In this document: in pieces, positions 12,626 to 23,295 of the stretch
Layout: each line of letters starts with the position of its first letter
How positions within the stretch are numbered: the stretch's first letter is position 1
Assembly: GCA_963726245.1 (NCBI GenBank)
Contig: CAVSBT010000015.1
Coordinates: 64,001-128,000, forward strand
Source of the DNA: an uncultured Chloroflexia bacterium
GTDB taxonomy: Bacteria > Chloroflexota > Dehalococcoidia > DSTF01 > JALHUB01
Direction: 5' to 3'
Length of the DNA: 64,000 nt
The notes under the pieces: model-generated
Databases searched by the model: none
What the model was told of the DNA's origin: nothing
What the model saw: the letters and a program-made list of their open reading frames with translations, nothing else
Made by a program: the position numbers and the translations under genes

Positions 12626-13736
12626 TCAGGCTGCCGCCTCCAGCACCAGCCGCGCGATATCGCGGGCCGCCTCTGGCCGGGCGGCGCCGCGCAGGGCGGC
12701 GGCCATGGAATCCAAGCGTGGCCGGTCGCCCAAGAGCTCGCGCACGCGCTCGAACAGGCTGGGCAGGTCTTCTTCTTCCAGGACGACGGCCCCGCCCAAG
12801 TCCGCGAGGTAGCGGGCGTTGGCCCGCTGGTGGCCGCCGGCGTAGGGATAGGGGACCAGGATGGCGGGCAGGCCCACGGCCGTCAGCTCGCCCAGCGTCG
12901 AGGCGCCGGAGCGCATGACCGCCAGGTCGGCGGCGGCCATCGCCCACGGCATCTCCTCGTGGAGGTAGTCGTGCAGGTGGTAGGCGGAGCGCGGGGCGGG
13001 CCGCGGGCGGGCAGGCAGGCTGTCGCGGGCCTTGGCCAGCCAGCCATGGTCGGCGCGACCGGACACGTGCACCACCTGGCACACCTCCAGCAGCCGCGGG
13101 AGCTGTTCGGCCACGGCCTGATTGATGGCGCGTCCGCCCTGACTGCCGCCGCTGACGAACAACGTCGGGAGCTGCGGCTCGAGGCCAAGGCGGCGGCGCC
13201 CTTCGTCCTTCTGAGTATCGAAGAAGGCGCGTCGCACCGGGTAGCCGGTGACCACGGCCTTGCCCGACGGTAGTCGCGCCACCGCCGGCTCGGCCGTGAC
13301 GGCTATCCGGCGCGCCAGACGGGCCATGAGGCGCACGGCCCAGCCGGGCACCAGGTCCGGTAGGTACACGACCAGTGGTCGCCGTCGTAGGGCGGCTGCC
13401 AGAGACACCGGCACGCTGGCGTAGCCGCCGGTGGCGAAGACGACGTCGGGCCGGAAGCGGCCGAGCGGCGCGTGTGGCCTGGAGAGCGCCGGCCGTCAGG
13501 TTGGCGAGGCCCTTCGCCAGGTTCCACGGCGTGGCGCCGCGAAGCGCGCCGGCCCTGATTGGCTGGAAGTCCAGGCCCTCACGCCGCACCAGTTCCTCCT
13601 CGCCGCGCGCCCTGGGGCCTACGAAGAGCAGGTCCACCGGACGCTCCGCCGTCGAGAGCTCACGAAGGGCGGCCGCGACGGCCAGGGCCGGGTACACGTG
13701 TCCGCCGGTGCCGCCGCCGGTCAGCATCACTTTCAC
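12626..13736 (-). CDS. murG: Undecaprenyl-PP-MurNAc-pentapeptide GlcNAc transferase (frameshift near 13470)
   Basis: GGGTGGHVYP, GGSQG, RSGASTLGE, HQRANA. Confidence 0.95.
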
Positions 13737-14941
13737 CGGCGTCCTTTCTTGCTTGCGGGGCGGGCGGGCCAGCCCGCCCGCTTAGCACGCGGCAGCACCT
13801 GCCTCTCGCGGTCCAGGTAGCCCTTGTCGCGCCCATAGCGCGATACGCTGAGGACGATGCCGATGCCGGCGAGGATAGCCGCCAGCGCCGAGCTGCCATA
13901 GCTCAGGAAGGGCAGCGGCACGCCCGTCAGCGGTATGGAGCGGGTGATGCCGCCTATGTTTATCAGGCTCTGGTAGGCGATCCAGCTAATCACGCCCACC
14001 GTCAGCAGGGCCCCGAAGTCGTCGCGGGCGTTCGCCACCGTCCGAAAGCAGCGGTAGATGAGGAAGGCGAAGAGGGCTATGACCACCACGGCGCCGATGA
14101 AGCCCATCTCCTCGCCGATGATGGCGAAGATGCCGTCGGTGTGGGCGCCGGGCACGTAGAAGAACTTCTGGCGGCTGGCGCCGATGCCCAGACCGTGGAT
14201 GCCGCCGCTGCCCAGGGCGATGAGGAGCTGGAGGATGTGAAAGCCGCGGCCGGAGGGGTCGTCCTCGGCGGAGGTGAAGCCTATGATGCGGTCCAGCCGG
14301 TACTGGCCGGCCAGGATGAGGAAGCCGCCCATGACGGCCCCAATCGGCAGTAGAGCCGACAGGTGGGTCAGGGAGCCGCCGGCCACGAAGAAGAGGGTGA
14401 CCATGACGAGGGTGATGATGAGGGTGGTGCCCATGTCGGGCTCAAGCATCACCAGGCCTCCCACGAGCCCCACCAGCAGAACGAAGGGCACGAAGCTCAT
14501 GGCGAAGCTCTTCACCTCGAGCTTGGGGGAGGTCAGCCAGGCCGAGACGTAGACGATCAAGGCCAGCTTGGCGAACTCGCTGGGCTGCACCGGCGGCAGG
14601 GGCCCGAAGGCGATCCAGCGCGTGGAGCCGTTGGCCTCGAAGCCGATGCCGGGTACCAGGACCGCGACGAGCCCCAGCAGAGCGGCCGCCATCAGGAACG
14701 GGCTCACCTGGCGCAGCAGGTGGTAGTCCATGCGCATCAGTATCACCAGGGCCGTCAGCCCCAGGAGAGCCCCACCGACCTGGCGGACCACGAAGTAGGT
14801 GACGTCGTTATACTCGACCTGGCCCAGGGCGAAGCTGGCGCTGTAGACGGTGATCAGGCCCAGCACCAGCAGCGCCATCACCAGAGCGAGGATGACGTAG
14901 TCCGGCTGGCCGGCGCGGAGGCGGCTGGTCTGCGTGGCCAC
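13733..14941 (-). CDS. ftsW: Peptidoglycan polymerase FtsW (SEDS family)
   Basis: RWI, QPSEFAK, EPDMGT, HTDGIFAIIGEE, PLTGVPLPFLSYG; GTG start after GAGGAGG. Confidence 0.95.
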   Translation of the reverse strand: MATQTSRLRAGQPDYVILALVMALLVLGLITVYSASFALGQVEYNDVTYFVVRQVGGALLGLTALVILMRMDYHLLRQVSPFLMAAALLGLVAVLVPGIGFEANGSTRWIAFGPLPPVQPSEFAKLALIVYVSAWLTSPKLEVKSFAMSFVPFVLLVGLVGGLVMLEPDMGTTLIITLVMVTLFFVAGGSLTHLSALLPIGAVMGGFLILAGQYRLDRIIGFTSAEDDPSGRGFHILQLLIALGSGGIHGLGIGASRQKFFYVPGAHTDGIFAIIGEEMGFIGAVVVIALFAFLIYRCFRTVANARDDFGALLTVGVISWIAYQSLINIGGITRSIPLTGVPLPFLSYGSSALAAILAGIGIVLSVSRYGRDKGYLDRERQVLPRAKRAGWPARPASKKGRR

Positions 14942-14943
14942 GA

Positions 14944-16356
14944 CTACTGCCCTCCTCGTCCGCCCGTGGCGGAGCGAAGCGCCAGGACCAGGCGGCGGAA
15001 CTCCTCGCCCCGCTGCTCGAAGTTCTCGAAGGCGTCGAAGCTGGTGCAGGCCGGCGAGAGCAGGACGACGTCGCCCGGACGGGCGGCGCCGCCGGCAGCC
15101 GACACCGCCTCGGCCAGCGCGCCCGCCTTCAGTACTGAGGCCTCTCCTCCGGGGCGAGCTCGCGGCTGGCGGCCTGCAGCGCACCCTCCATCACCGCCGC
15201 CGCCTCGCCGAAGACGACCACGGCCCGGCAGCGCCGGCAGGCCTCGGCTGCCATTTCCTCCAGGGGCAGGTGCTTCTCGCGCCCGCCCAGCAGCAGCACC
15301 ACCGGCTCCTCGAAGGAGCGCAGGCCGGCCAGTGTGCGCTCCGGCGTCGTGGCGATGGAATCGTTGTAGTAGTCGACGCCTCCCACGCGGGCGACCAGCT
15401 CCAGGCGGTGGGGCGCCGGCCGGAAGGCGCGTATGGCCGCGGCCATGTCGGACGGCGGCAGGCCGCAGGCGGCGCCCACTGCTACCGCCGCCACGACGTT
15501 GTTCAGGTTGTGCCGCCCGCGCAGCGGCACCTCCGATGCCTCCAGGACGGCCGTCTCGCGGCCACCGCGCCGGCAGATCACGACTCCATCGCGCAGGAAG
15601 GCGCCGTCGCCGGGAGGCTCGGCGTCAAGGGCGAAGAAGAGCACCTCGCCGGCAGCGTCGCCGGCCGTCTTCCGGGCCACCTCGTCCTCGTAGTTCAGGA
15701 CTGCCAGATCACCCGTCCGCTGGTAGGCCAGTATCTTGCGCTTGAGCGCCACGTAGTCGGGCCAGGTGTAGCGGTCCAGGTGGTTGGGCGTGATGTTGAG
15801 GATGCAGGCCACGTGCGGGCTGCGGTCCATCAGCTCGAGCTGGGTGTGGCTGATCTCCAGCACTACCCAGGTTTCGGGCGTCAGCCGGTCGAGGAGCGCC
15901 AGCAGGCCGACGCCGATGTTGCCGCCCACGGCGTGCGGCCGGCCGGCGGCGGCGAACATGCTGCCGACCAGGCCGGTGACGGTGGTCTTGCCACTGCTGC
16001 CGGTGATGCCGACCACCGGCCCCGGACAGAGCTCCAGGAAGAGACGCATCATGGAGCTGAAGGGGATGCCCTTCTCCTGGGCCGCCCGCAGGGCCGGGAT
16101 GTCCAGCGGCACCCCCTGGGAGACGAAGACCACGTCCGCCGACACGGTATCGGCGACGGCGTTCTCGCCCAGATGAGAGGCGCACCGGCACGCCGTTCAA
16201 CTCCTTCAGGCGGTGGGCCAGCCGATCGGCGGGCCTGGCGTCGCTGGCCGTGACTTCGGCGCCCTGGGCCGCCAAATAGCGCACCAAGTCGACCCCTTCG
16301 ATGCCGAGACCGACCACCGTCACTTTCTTGCCCCGGAAGTCCGGATAAGCGGTCAT
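14944..16356 (-). CDS. murD: UDP-MurNAc-L-Ala--D-glutamate ligase (frameshifts near 16170 and 15130)
   Basis: [52 protein letters not shown]. Confidence 0.95.
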
Positions 16357-16362
16357 AGCATT

Positions 16363-17337
16363 TTAACTAATTGTCAAGGCCAATGCTATACCCAAAAGGC
16401 CCCCAACCATGCCGATTAGCCAAAATCTGGTCACAACCTGCGGCTCAGACCAGCCCAGAAGCTCAAAGTGGTGGTGAAGGGGCGTCATGCGAAAGACGCG
16501 CCGCCCTCCCGTGAGCCGGAAGACGGCGATCTGGATGACGTCGGACAGGGCTTCTATGACAAAAACGACCCCTACCACGGGCAGAAGCAGCCACTGGCCG
16601 GTCATGAGGGCCACCACCGCCAGGGCCGAACCCAGGGCCATCGCCCCCGTGTCGCCCATGAAGACGCTGGCCGGGTGGGCGTTGTACCAGAGAAAGCCCA
16701 GGGTTGCTCCCACCACCGTGAAGCTGAACGTGGCCAGGAAGGTCTGCTCCTGGAGAAAGGCGATGACTCCGTAGGCGCCGAAAGCCAGGGCGGCGGTGCC
16801 GCCGGCCAGCGCGTCGAGGCCGTCGGTGACGGCGACGGCGCTGGTGGTGCCGACGAAGATGGCTACCGCCAGGGGGATATAGACCAGCCCTATCTCGTGC
16901 TTCCCGAAGTGGGGCACGTTGATGCTGCGGGCATCCAGGCCGTAGTAGAGGACCAGGGCGGCGGTCAGCCCCAGGGCCGTCAAAGCACCCAACTTGGCGA
17001 TCATGTGGACGCGGGCGTGCGCTTCGATGCGCTCGTTGCGTTCCAGGGTCAGGTAATCGTCGACGAGGCCGAGGAGCCCGGCGGCGACGATGGCGCCCAG
17101 CGGCAGGAAGATTGAGCGGTGGCCTGTGAGGTTGGTGGGCGCCGTCACCAGGAACACCGCCCCGAAGATGAGCAGGCCGCCCATGGTGGGGGTGCCGGCC
17201 TTGACGGCGTGCGAGGCGGGCCCGTCGGCGCTGATCGCCTTGCCCAGGCCGCTCCGTCGCAGCAAGGCGACCACTGGGCCTCCCGCTGCAAGCGAGAGCA
17301 CGAAGGCCGCAGACCCGACAACGAGCGCGTAGACCAT
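16363..17337 (-). CDS. mraY: Phospho-N-acetylmuramoyl-pentapeptide transferase
   Basis: KAGTPTMGG, TDGLDAL, FMGDTG, PLHHHFE. Confidence 0.96.
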   Translation of the reverse strand: MVYALVVGSAAFVLSLAAGGPVVALLRRSGLGKAISADGPASHAVKAGTPTMGGLLIFGAVFLVTAPTNLTGHRSIFLPLGAIVAAGLLGLVDDYLTLERNERIEAHARVHMIAKLGALTALGLTAALVLYYGLDARSINVPHFGKHEIGLVYIPLAVAIFVGTTSAVAVTDGLDALAGGTAALAFGAYGVIAFLQEQTFLATFSFTVVGATLGFLWYNAHPASVFMGDTGAMALGSALAVVALMTGQWLLLPVVGVVFVIEALSDVIQIAVFRLTGGRRVFRMTPLHHHFELLGWSEPQVVTRFWLIGMVGGLLGIALALTIS

Positions 17338-17338
17338 C

Positions 17339-18745
17339 TCAATCCACCAGCAGGGGCAGCACCGTCTCCAGGGCCATGGCCCGCGACGCCTTCAGCAGGA
17401 CGACATCGCCGGGCTCCAGGCGCTGGCGCAGGTCCTGGGCTGCCTCTTCCTTCGAGTTCCAGAAGCTGACGTCGCTGTGGCCGGCCTGGCGGGCCGCCTC
17501 TCCTGTCAGGCGGCCCAGGTCGCCCACGGCGTAGATGAGCTCGGCGACCTCAGCGGCGCGCCGGCCCACCGAGCGGTGTCCCTGCTTCTCCAGGGCACCC
17601 AGCTCCCGCATGTCTCCCAGCACGGCGATGCGACGCCCCGGCAGCTCGGCCAGCAGGTCCAGCGCCGCCATCATGGATGACGGGCTGGCGTTGTAGGTGT
17701 CGTCCAGGATGGTGGCGCCGCAGCGAGCGCGGTGCACGCTGAGCCGCAGCGACACCTGGGCCTTCGCCAGGGCCGAGACCACCTCGTTGAGGGCCAGGCC
17801 TTCCACGAGGCCGGCGGCGGCGGCGGCCAGGGCGTTGTGGAGGAGCTGCCGCCCCGGCAGGTGCGTCTGGACGCGGATGCGACGGCCGCCGCACTCGATG
17901 GTGAAGGCGATGCCCTCCAGTCCACGGCCCTCCACGTCGAGGCCACGCACGTCGCAGCCCGGCGATGTCCCGTAGTGGAGGACGCGCGCGCTGGTGCGCT
18001 TGGCCATGGCGGCCACCCGGGGGTCGTCGCCGTTGAGGATGGCGGTCCCTTCGGGCGGCAGGCTCTCCACCAGCTCAGCCTTGGCATCGGCGATGGCCTC
18101 CAGGCTCCCCAGGCGCTCCAGGTGGGAAGGTCCCACGTTGGTGACTATGCCCACCCGCGGCCGGGCGATCTGACAGAGCAGGCGGATCTCCCCCAGGCCG
18201 TACATGCCCATCTCCAGTACGGCCCTCTCGTGCTCGGGGCGGAGATCGAGCAGGGTCAGCGGCAGCCCAATTTCGTTGTTGTAGTTAGCCTCGTTCTTGA
18301 GGACACGGTAGCGGGTGCCGAGGACGGCCGCCGTGATCTCCTTGGTCGTCGTCTTGCCGACGCTGCCCGTGATGCCGATGACCTCCACCGGGGATCGCTC
18401 GCGGCGGGCGGCGGCCAGGCGCTGGAGGGCGGCCAGCGAGTCGGGCACGACGTAGGCGGCGACGCCGTTGGCCAGGGCTTCGGGCATGTGCTGGACGAGG
18501 AGGCCGGCGGCGCCGCCCGTTATCGCTTCCTGGAGAAAGGTATGGCCGTCCTCGTGCTCGCCGCGCAGGGCCACGAAGAGGTCGCCCCGCTGCACCTGGC
18601 GGGAGTCCGTGACCACCCGCCGGAAGCTGCGAGCGCGGCCGGGACGGCTCTCCAGAAGAACGGGCTTGAGGCTGCGGGCCACTTCCGCGGCGCTAATCAT
18701 AGCTTTGCTCTCTGCCCCTCGCCCTTCTCCGCCCTGCCGGTTCAC
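17339..18745 (-). CDS. murF: UDP-MurNAc-tripeptide--D-Ala-D-Ala ligase (start may be 18700)
   Basis: GITGSVGKTTTKE, NNEIGLP, DDTYNASP, LGDMRELG, LLKASR. Confidence 0.95.
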   Translation of the reverse strand: MNRQGGEGRGAESKAMISAAEVARSLKPVLLESRPGRARSFRRVVTDSRQVQRGDLFVALRGEHEDGHTFLQEAITGGAAGLLVQHMPEALANGVAAYVVPDSLAALQRLAAARRERSPVEVIGITGSVGKTTTKEITAAVLGTRYRVLKNEANYNNEIGLPLTLLDLRPEHERAVLEMGMYGLGEIRLLCQIARPRVGIVTNVGPSHLERLGSLEAIADAKAELVESLPPEGTAILNGDDPRVAAMAKRTSARVLHYGTSPGCDVRGLDVEGRGLEGIAFTIECGGRRIRVQTHLPGRQLLHNALAAAAAGLVEGLALNEVVSALAKAQVSLRLSVHRARCGATILDDTYNASPSSMMAALDLLAELPGRRIAVLGDMRELGALEKQGHRSVGRRAAEVAELIYAVGDLGRLTGEAARQAGHSDVSFWNSKEEAAQDLRQRLEPGDVVLLKASRAMALETVLPLLVD

Positions 18746-20475
18746 GGCTCCTGCTGGACCATCTCTGACGCGTCGGGCTGCACGTTCAGGTAGGACAGGA
18801 TCTTGGGGGCCAGGGTGCCGAACACGGGGGCTGCCACCCGGCCGCCCAAGGGATCGTCCTTGGGCTGGTCGATCTTCACCAGCATGATCATCTGCGGGTC
18901 CTGGACGGGCGCGAAGCCCACGAAGGAGGCGATGGTGGAGTTCAGGTCGTAGCCGCCGGGGATGGAGACAATGGTAGTGCCTGTCTTGCCGGCCACGTGA
19001 TAGCCGGGGACCCGCGCCAGGTGGTAAGGCACGCCCTCCACCACCTGGTTCATCATCTGAGCGACGGTCCTCGCTGTGGCCTCCGAGATGGCCTGCCTGA
19101 CGACCACCGGCTCGTACACCCGGCGGCCCTGAGGCCCCGACACCTCCTGCACGATGTAGGGTCGCATGAGCTTGCCGCCGTTGGCAATCGCCGCCACGGC
19201 GGTTATGACCTGAAGAGGGGTGGCGGCGACGCCCTGTCCAAAGCTGTTGGTGGCCAGGTCCACCGGATACCAGCCATCCTCGTCGCTGCTGCGCACCAGA
19301 CCCTCGGCCTCGCCGCCCAGGCCCGAGTTGGTGGGCTCGCCGAAGCCGAAGCGCTGCAGGTAAGCGTAGAAGTTGTCCGCTCCGATGAGGCCGGAGAGCC
19401 AGACGGCGCCCGTGTTCAGGCTCTTCTGCAGGAGCTCCGTCGCTGTCTGCGTACCGTTGGTGCTGTAGTCCCAGTTGGTGATGGTGGAGCCGCCGATGGT
19501 GACGGAGCCGGCGTCGTAGTAAGTCGTGTCGGGGTTCACGAGGCCGAGGTCGACGGCGGTGGACATGGTGATAACCTTCATGACAGAGCCGGGCTCGTAG
19601 ACGTCGGTGACGGCGCGGTTGCGGAACAGGCTCTGGTCTAGCTTGCCGGACAGGTCCAGGTGGCTGAGCTGGAAGCTGGGGCGGCTCGCCATAGCCAGGA
19701 TGGCGCCGGTCTTGGGGTCCATGACGATGATCGTGCCGCCGCTGGCGCTGTGCTTCTTTATGTCCTGGTCCAGCTCCTCTTCCACCAGCCGCTGGATGTA
19801 GCGGTCGATGGTGAGGCGGACGTCGCCGCCCGGCACAGCGGGCTGGCCCCGTTGGGTGCCCAAGGGAATGGGGTTACCCAGGCTGTCCCGCTCGAAGTAG
19901 AGGTCGCCGGGCGTGCCGGACAGCTCGTCCTGGAGGTCCGCCTCCAGGCCGGCCAGGCCCACGTGGTCGCGGCCGGTGAAGCCCAGGAGAGCGGAGGCCA
20001 GGTCGCCTTCGGGGTAGAAGCGGCGGGTCGAAGGGACGGCCTTCAGGCCGGGCAGTCCGAGGTTGATGACGCTCTGGCCTTTGTTGTAGTCGATCCCCAG
20101 GGCGAGGGTGTAGTCGCCGTCGGGCTCGCCGGCGATGCCGGCCACGATGTCATCCACCCGCTTGTTCACCAGCGGGGCCAGGGTTTGAGCCCACCGGCGG
20201 AGCGAAGTCGGGTCCTGCCAGGAGCGGCGCTCGATGTAGAGGTCATAGGCGTCGAGGCTGGTCGCCAGGGGGTAGCCGTTGCGGTCCAAGATGGCGCCGC
20301 GGGTGGGGCTAACCGTCTGGCGGCTCAGATGTTCCTGCTGAGCCTCAACGGCGTAGTAGTGGTGATGCACGATCTGGAGATAGGCAAGGCGACCCACCAG
20401 GCCCAAAGCGCCGATTGCGAAGACCAGCGCCAGGACGATGAGCCGCCACGATACGCGACCCGCGCGTCCGGACAT
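18742..20475 (-). CDS. ftsI: Class B penicillin-binding protein FtsI
   Basis: RGAILDRNG, YEPGSVMK (SxxK), SLN, KTGT. Confidence 0.95.
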   Translation of the reverse strand: MSGRAGRVSWRLIVLALVFAIGALGLVGRLAYLQIVHHHYYAVEAQQEHLSRQTVSPTRGAILDRNGYPLATSLDAYDLYIERRSWQDPTSLRRWAQTLAPLVNKRVDDIVAGIAGEPDGDYTLALGIDYNKGQSVINLGLPGLKAVPSTRRFYPEGDLASALLGFTGRDHVGLAGLEADLQDELSGTPGDLYFERDSLGNPIPLGTQRGQPAVPGGDVRLTIDRYIQRLVEEELDQDIKKHSASGGTIIVMDPKTGAILAMASRPSFQLSHLDLSGKLDQSLFRNRAVTDVYEPGSVMKVITMSTAVDLGLVNPDTTYYDAGSVTIGGSTITNWDYSTNGTQTATELLQKSLNTGAVWLSGLIGADNFYAYLQRFGFGEPTNSGLGGEAEGLVRSSDEDGWYPVDLATNSFGQGVAATPLQVITAVAAIANGGKLMRPYIVQEVSGPQGRRVYEPVVVRQAISEATARTVAQMMNQVVEGVPYHLARVPGYHVAGKTGTTIVSIPGGYDLNSTIASFVGFAPVQDPQMIMLVKIDQPKDDPLGGRVAAPVFGTLAPKILSYLNVQPDASEMVQQEP

Positions 20476-20544
20476 CTTCCTGCTTTCGCTAGATGCTGTT
20501 GTCGCCCGCCGGTCCGCCGAGCCGAGGCCGAGGGGCGATATTGA

Positions 20545-20979
20545 CTAGTAGAAAGGCAGGAGCTTTAACAGGGCCTGCCACCAGGAGGTGCCGGATTCAT
20601 CGACGCCGGGCTTGGAGGCGGAGAAGCGCCGCGGCAGCAACTGCTGCTGTGGCGGCGGCGTGTCCACCTGCAGGTAGAGGACCTTCTCGGCCGGCACCAT
20701 GCCGAGGCGGTCCCGGGCCTCTCTCTCCACCCGATCCAGGGAAGTCAGGGTCGCCACTTCCGCTTCCAGGCTGTGCACTTGCGCCGACCAGTCCTGCCGC
20801 TCTTGCTCCAGGTGCTGGATGTTGTAGCTGGTGCTGGTCGCGCCGCTGGTCTGAATGACCTGGAGCAGACCCAGGAGGGCCACGGCGCCGAACGCGAGGG
20901 CAAGGATGCGCCGCAGGCTCCAGGGCCGGGAACTTGGTCGAGCGACGGGCCGTCCGATGGCTGACATGGCTCTCTCCAT
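20545..20979 (-). CDS. ftsL: FtsL-like cell division protein
   Basis: TM helix, coiled coil, SLDRVEREARDRLGMV; lies between rsmH and ftsI. Confidence 0.75.
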   Translation of the reverse strand: MERAMSAIGRPVARPSSRPWSLRRILALAFGAVALLGLLQVIQTSGATSTSYNIQHLEQERQDWSAQVHSLEAEVATLTSLDRVEREARDRLGMVPAEKVLYLQVDTPPPQQQLLPRRFSASKPGVDESGTSWWQALLKLLPFY

Positions 20980-20983
20980 CGGA

Positions 20984-21937
20984 CTAGGTTGACGCCAGGG
21001 GCAGCCGTTCGGCGGCCCGGAGGCGGGCGCTGCGGGCGCGCGGGTTGGCGGCCACTTCGTCGGCCGACGGCCGGGTGACTCCTCGGGCAACCAGCCTGAG
21101 GGTGGCGCGGTGGCCGCAGACGCAGACGGGCGCTTCCGGCGGACAGATGCAGTCTCGTGTCTCCCGCGCCAGGAAGCTCTTGACTATGCGATCCTCGAGG
21201 GAGTGGTAGCTGATCACGACAAGTCGTGATCCAAAGCCGAGCAGGCCGTGGGCCTGGATTAGCGCTGTCCCCAGGTGCAAAAGCTCCTGGTTAACCGCGA
21301 TCCGAAGGGCTTGAAACGTCCTGGTGGCGGGGTGGATTACGCCTCGAGCCCTCCTGCCCACGGCCTGCTCAACGGCTTTGGCTAGTTGGGTGGTGGTACG
21401 AAGAGGCCGCTCCTCGACAAGCCGCCGCGCGATGCGACGGCTCCGGCGCTCCTCACCGTACCTCCAGAGCAGGTCGGCCAGATCCTCCTGGCTGTACGTG
21501 TTGACGATTTCGGCGGCGGTCAGCTCCTGGCTAGGGCTGAAGCGCATGTCCAGCGGCCCCTCGCGCTGGAAGCTGAACCCCCGCGACTCCTCCTCCAGTT
21601 GAAGTGACGACAATCCAAGGTCGAAGAGGACGCCCTGCACGGGCGCGAAGCCGCGCTCCCGGCAAAGGTCCCCCACCTGGCTGAAGTTCCCCTCCGCGAA
21701 CGTGACGCGCCCGCCAAAGGCCGCCAGCCGCTCGCGGGCGGCAGCGAGGGCCTCGGGGTCCAGGTCAATGCCCAACAGCTCGCCGTCCGGCGAAGCGGCC
21801 TCCAGGATGGCCTGGCCGTGGCCGCCGCCGCCCAGGGTGCAGTCCACGTAGCGGCCGCCGGGGCGGACAGCCAGGGCCTCCACCACTTCCCGTAGGAGGA
21901 CCGGTATGTGTTGTCTCATCATGACGGCGATGCTCAT
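20984..21937 (-). CDS. rsmH: 16S rRNA m4C1402 methyltransferase
   Basis: [51 protein letters not shown]. Confidence 0.97.
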   Translation of the reverse strand: MSIAVMMRQHIPVLLREVVEALAVRPGGRYVDCTLGGGGHGQAILEAASPDGELLGIDLDPEALAAARERLAAFGGRVTFAEGNFSQVGDLCRERGFAPVQGVLFDLGLSSLQLEEESRGFSFQREGPLDMRFSPSQELTAAEIVNTYSQEDLADLLWRYGEERRSRRIARRLVEERPLRTTTQLAKAVEQAVGRRARGVIHPATRTFQALRIAVNQELLHLGTALIQAHGLLGFGSRLVVISYHSLEDRIVKSFLARETRDCICPPEAPVCVCGHRATLRLVARGVTRPSADEVAANPRARSARLRAAERLPLAST

Positions 21938-22365
21938 GCTCGCTCTTCCAGGGTCTCGAGAGCCGCCTCGTACGCCTCGTCGACCAGCGCCTCCTCGGCC
22001 TCCCAGCGATCGGGGTTCCAGATCTCCAGGCACTCGTTGCGTCCTACCATGAGGACGGTCCCCGACAAGCCGGCGTGCTGGCGAAGCAAGGGAGGCACCA
22101 GGAGGCGGCCCTGGCGGTCCAGCTCGGCGTCCATGGAGCTCCCGAAGAAGCGGCGGCGCAATCTCCGGCCGCGCTGCCGGTTGGGCTTCTCCTTGGTGAG
22201 GAAGCTGGCCCAGGCTTCGTATCCGGAAGGGGTGTAAACTTCGACGCACCCCTCGAGGCCCTGCACCAGGATCACGCCGTCGGCGAAGGCGTCGCGGTAG
22301 CGGGCGGGAATGGGCAGCCTGCCCCGCCCATCGATGGCGTATTCGTAGGTGCCGCGAAAAACCAT
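21934..22365 (-). CDS. mraZ: Transcriptional regulator MraZ
   Basis: [32 protein letters not shown]; first gene of the dcw cluster. Confidence 0.96.
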   Translation of the reverse strand: MVFRGTYEYAIDGRGRLPIPARYRDAFADGVILVQGLEGCVEVYTPSGYEAWASFLTKEKPNRQRGRRLRRRFFGSSMDAELDRQGRLLVPPLLRQHAGLSGTVLMVGRNECLEIWNPDRWEAEEALVDEAYEAALETLEERA

Positions 22366-22400
22366 GCCAAAAGAGGGCCGAGCCTACCGCCGGGCCTTGG

Positions 22401-22455
22401 TCACCACTTCTCACCACAAGCCCCCACATATTACCACCAACCGGCCGGATGTCAA
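22401..22455 (-). promoter_or_regulatory. mraZ promoter with four GTGG boxes at 10-bp period (MraZ-binding repeats)
   Basis: Minus strand TTGACA (22455-22450), 16 nt, TG-extended TAATAT (22433-22428); repeats ttggtggtaa/tatgtggggg/cttgtggtga/gaagtggtga overlap the -10 and start region. Confidence 0.85.
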
Positions 22456-22499
22456 CAGTTTTTCCCCAAGAAGGCGGTTTTTTCAGGGCAAAGCAGCCG

Positions 22500-22638
22500 A
22501 AAAGAGGAGGGGGCTGGACTGGCCAGCCCCCTCTGCTCGATGGCGGCGGGTGCGCCGTGTGGCCGTAGCTTGTTCGGTCAGCCAAACAGCCCCTCCTCAG
22601 TCTGCCGTCATGTTACGGCAACATTATTAGTATTTCAA
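22500..22638 (-). ncRNA. Candidate ~105-nt structured sRNA or attenuator with its own promoter and terminator
   Basis: TTGAAA (22638-22633), 17 nt, TAACAT (22615-22610); GC hairpin 22507-22533 followed by CTCTTTTC. Confidence 0.45.
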
Positions 22639-22764
22639 GTACTCGCGTGAACATTTTTCTGGCTATTTGTGGATTCGGGGGCTGACCGTGGCTTCCTTCA
22701 CCCTGATGGTGCCCTGTGCTATCATAACCGCGGGCTGGGGTATTCCCCGGCCCTGGAGCTTACT

Positions 22765-23295
22765 ATGGAGATGCGCATCGGCGTGCTCACGGTCAGCGAC
22801 AAGGGCTACCGGGGCGAGCGCCGCGACACCAGCGGCCCCGCCATCGGCGAGATGATGGCCACCATCGGCGGCCGCGTGGAGCGCTACGAGGTGGTGCCCG
22901 ACGAGGCGGAGGCCATCGCCGGCCGGCTGCGCGACTGGGCCGACGAGGAGGGCCTGGATGTGGTCCTCACCACGGGCGGCACCGGCCTTACACCGCGCGA
23001 CGTGACGCCCGAGGCCACGCTATCTGTCCTCGACCGGCTGGTGCCCGGCGTGGCGGAGGCGATGCGCCAGGGCGGCATGCAGAAGACGCCTCTCGCCATG
23101 TTGAGCCGGGCCGTGGCCGGCGTCCGCGGCCATACGCTCATCGTCAACCTGCCCGGCAGCGAGAGAGCCGTGCGCGAGAACCTGGCCTTCGTCCTGCCAG
23201 CCCTCGGCCACGCCGTCGAGTCGTTGCAGGGGCGAACGGGGGACCACCGCGCGGCCGGCGCCGCCGTGGAGCGCGTGCCGGAGGGCGGTGGCTAG
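22765..23295 (+). CDS. mog: Molybdopterin adenylyltransferase (MogA/MoaB family)
   Basis: [27 protein letters not shown]. Confidence 0.93.
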   Translation: MEMRIGVLTVSDKGYRGERRDTSGPAIGEMMATIGGRVERYEVVPDEAEAIAGRLRDWADEEGLDVVLTTGGTGLTPRDVTPEATLSVLDRLVPGVAEAMRQGGMQKTPLAMLSRAVAGVRGHTLIVNLPGSERAVRENLAFVLPALGHAVESLQGRTGDHRAAGAAVERVPEGGG

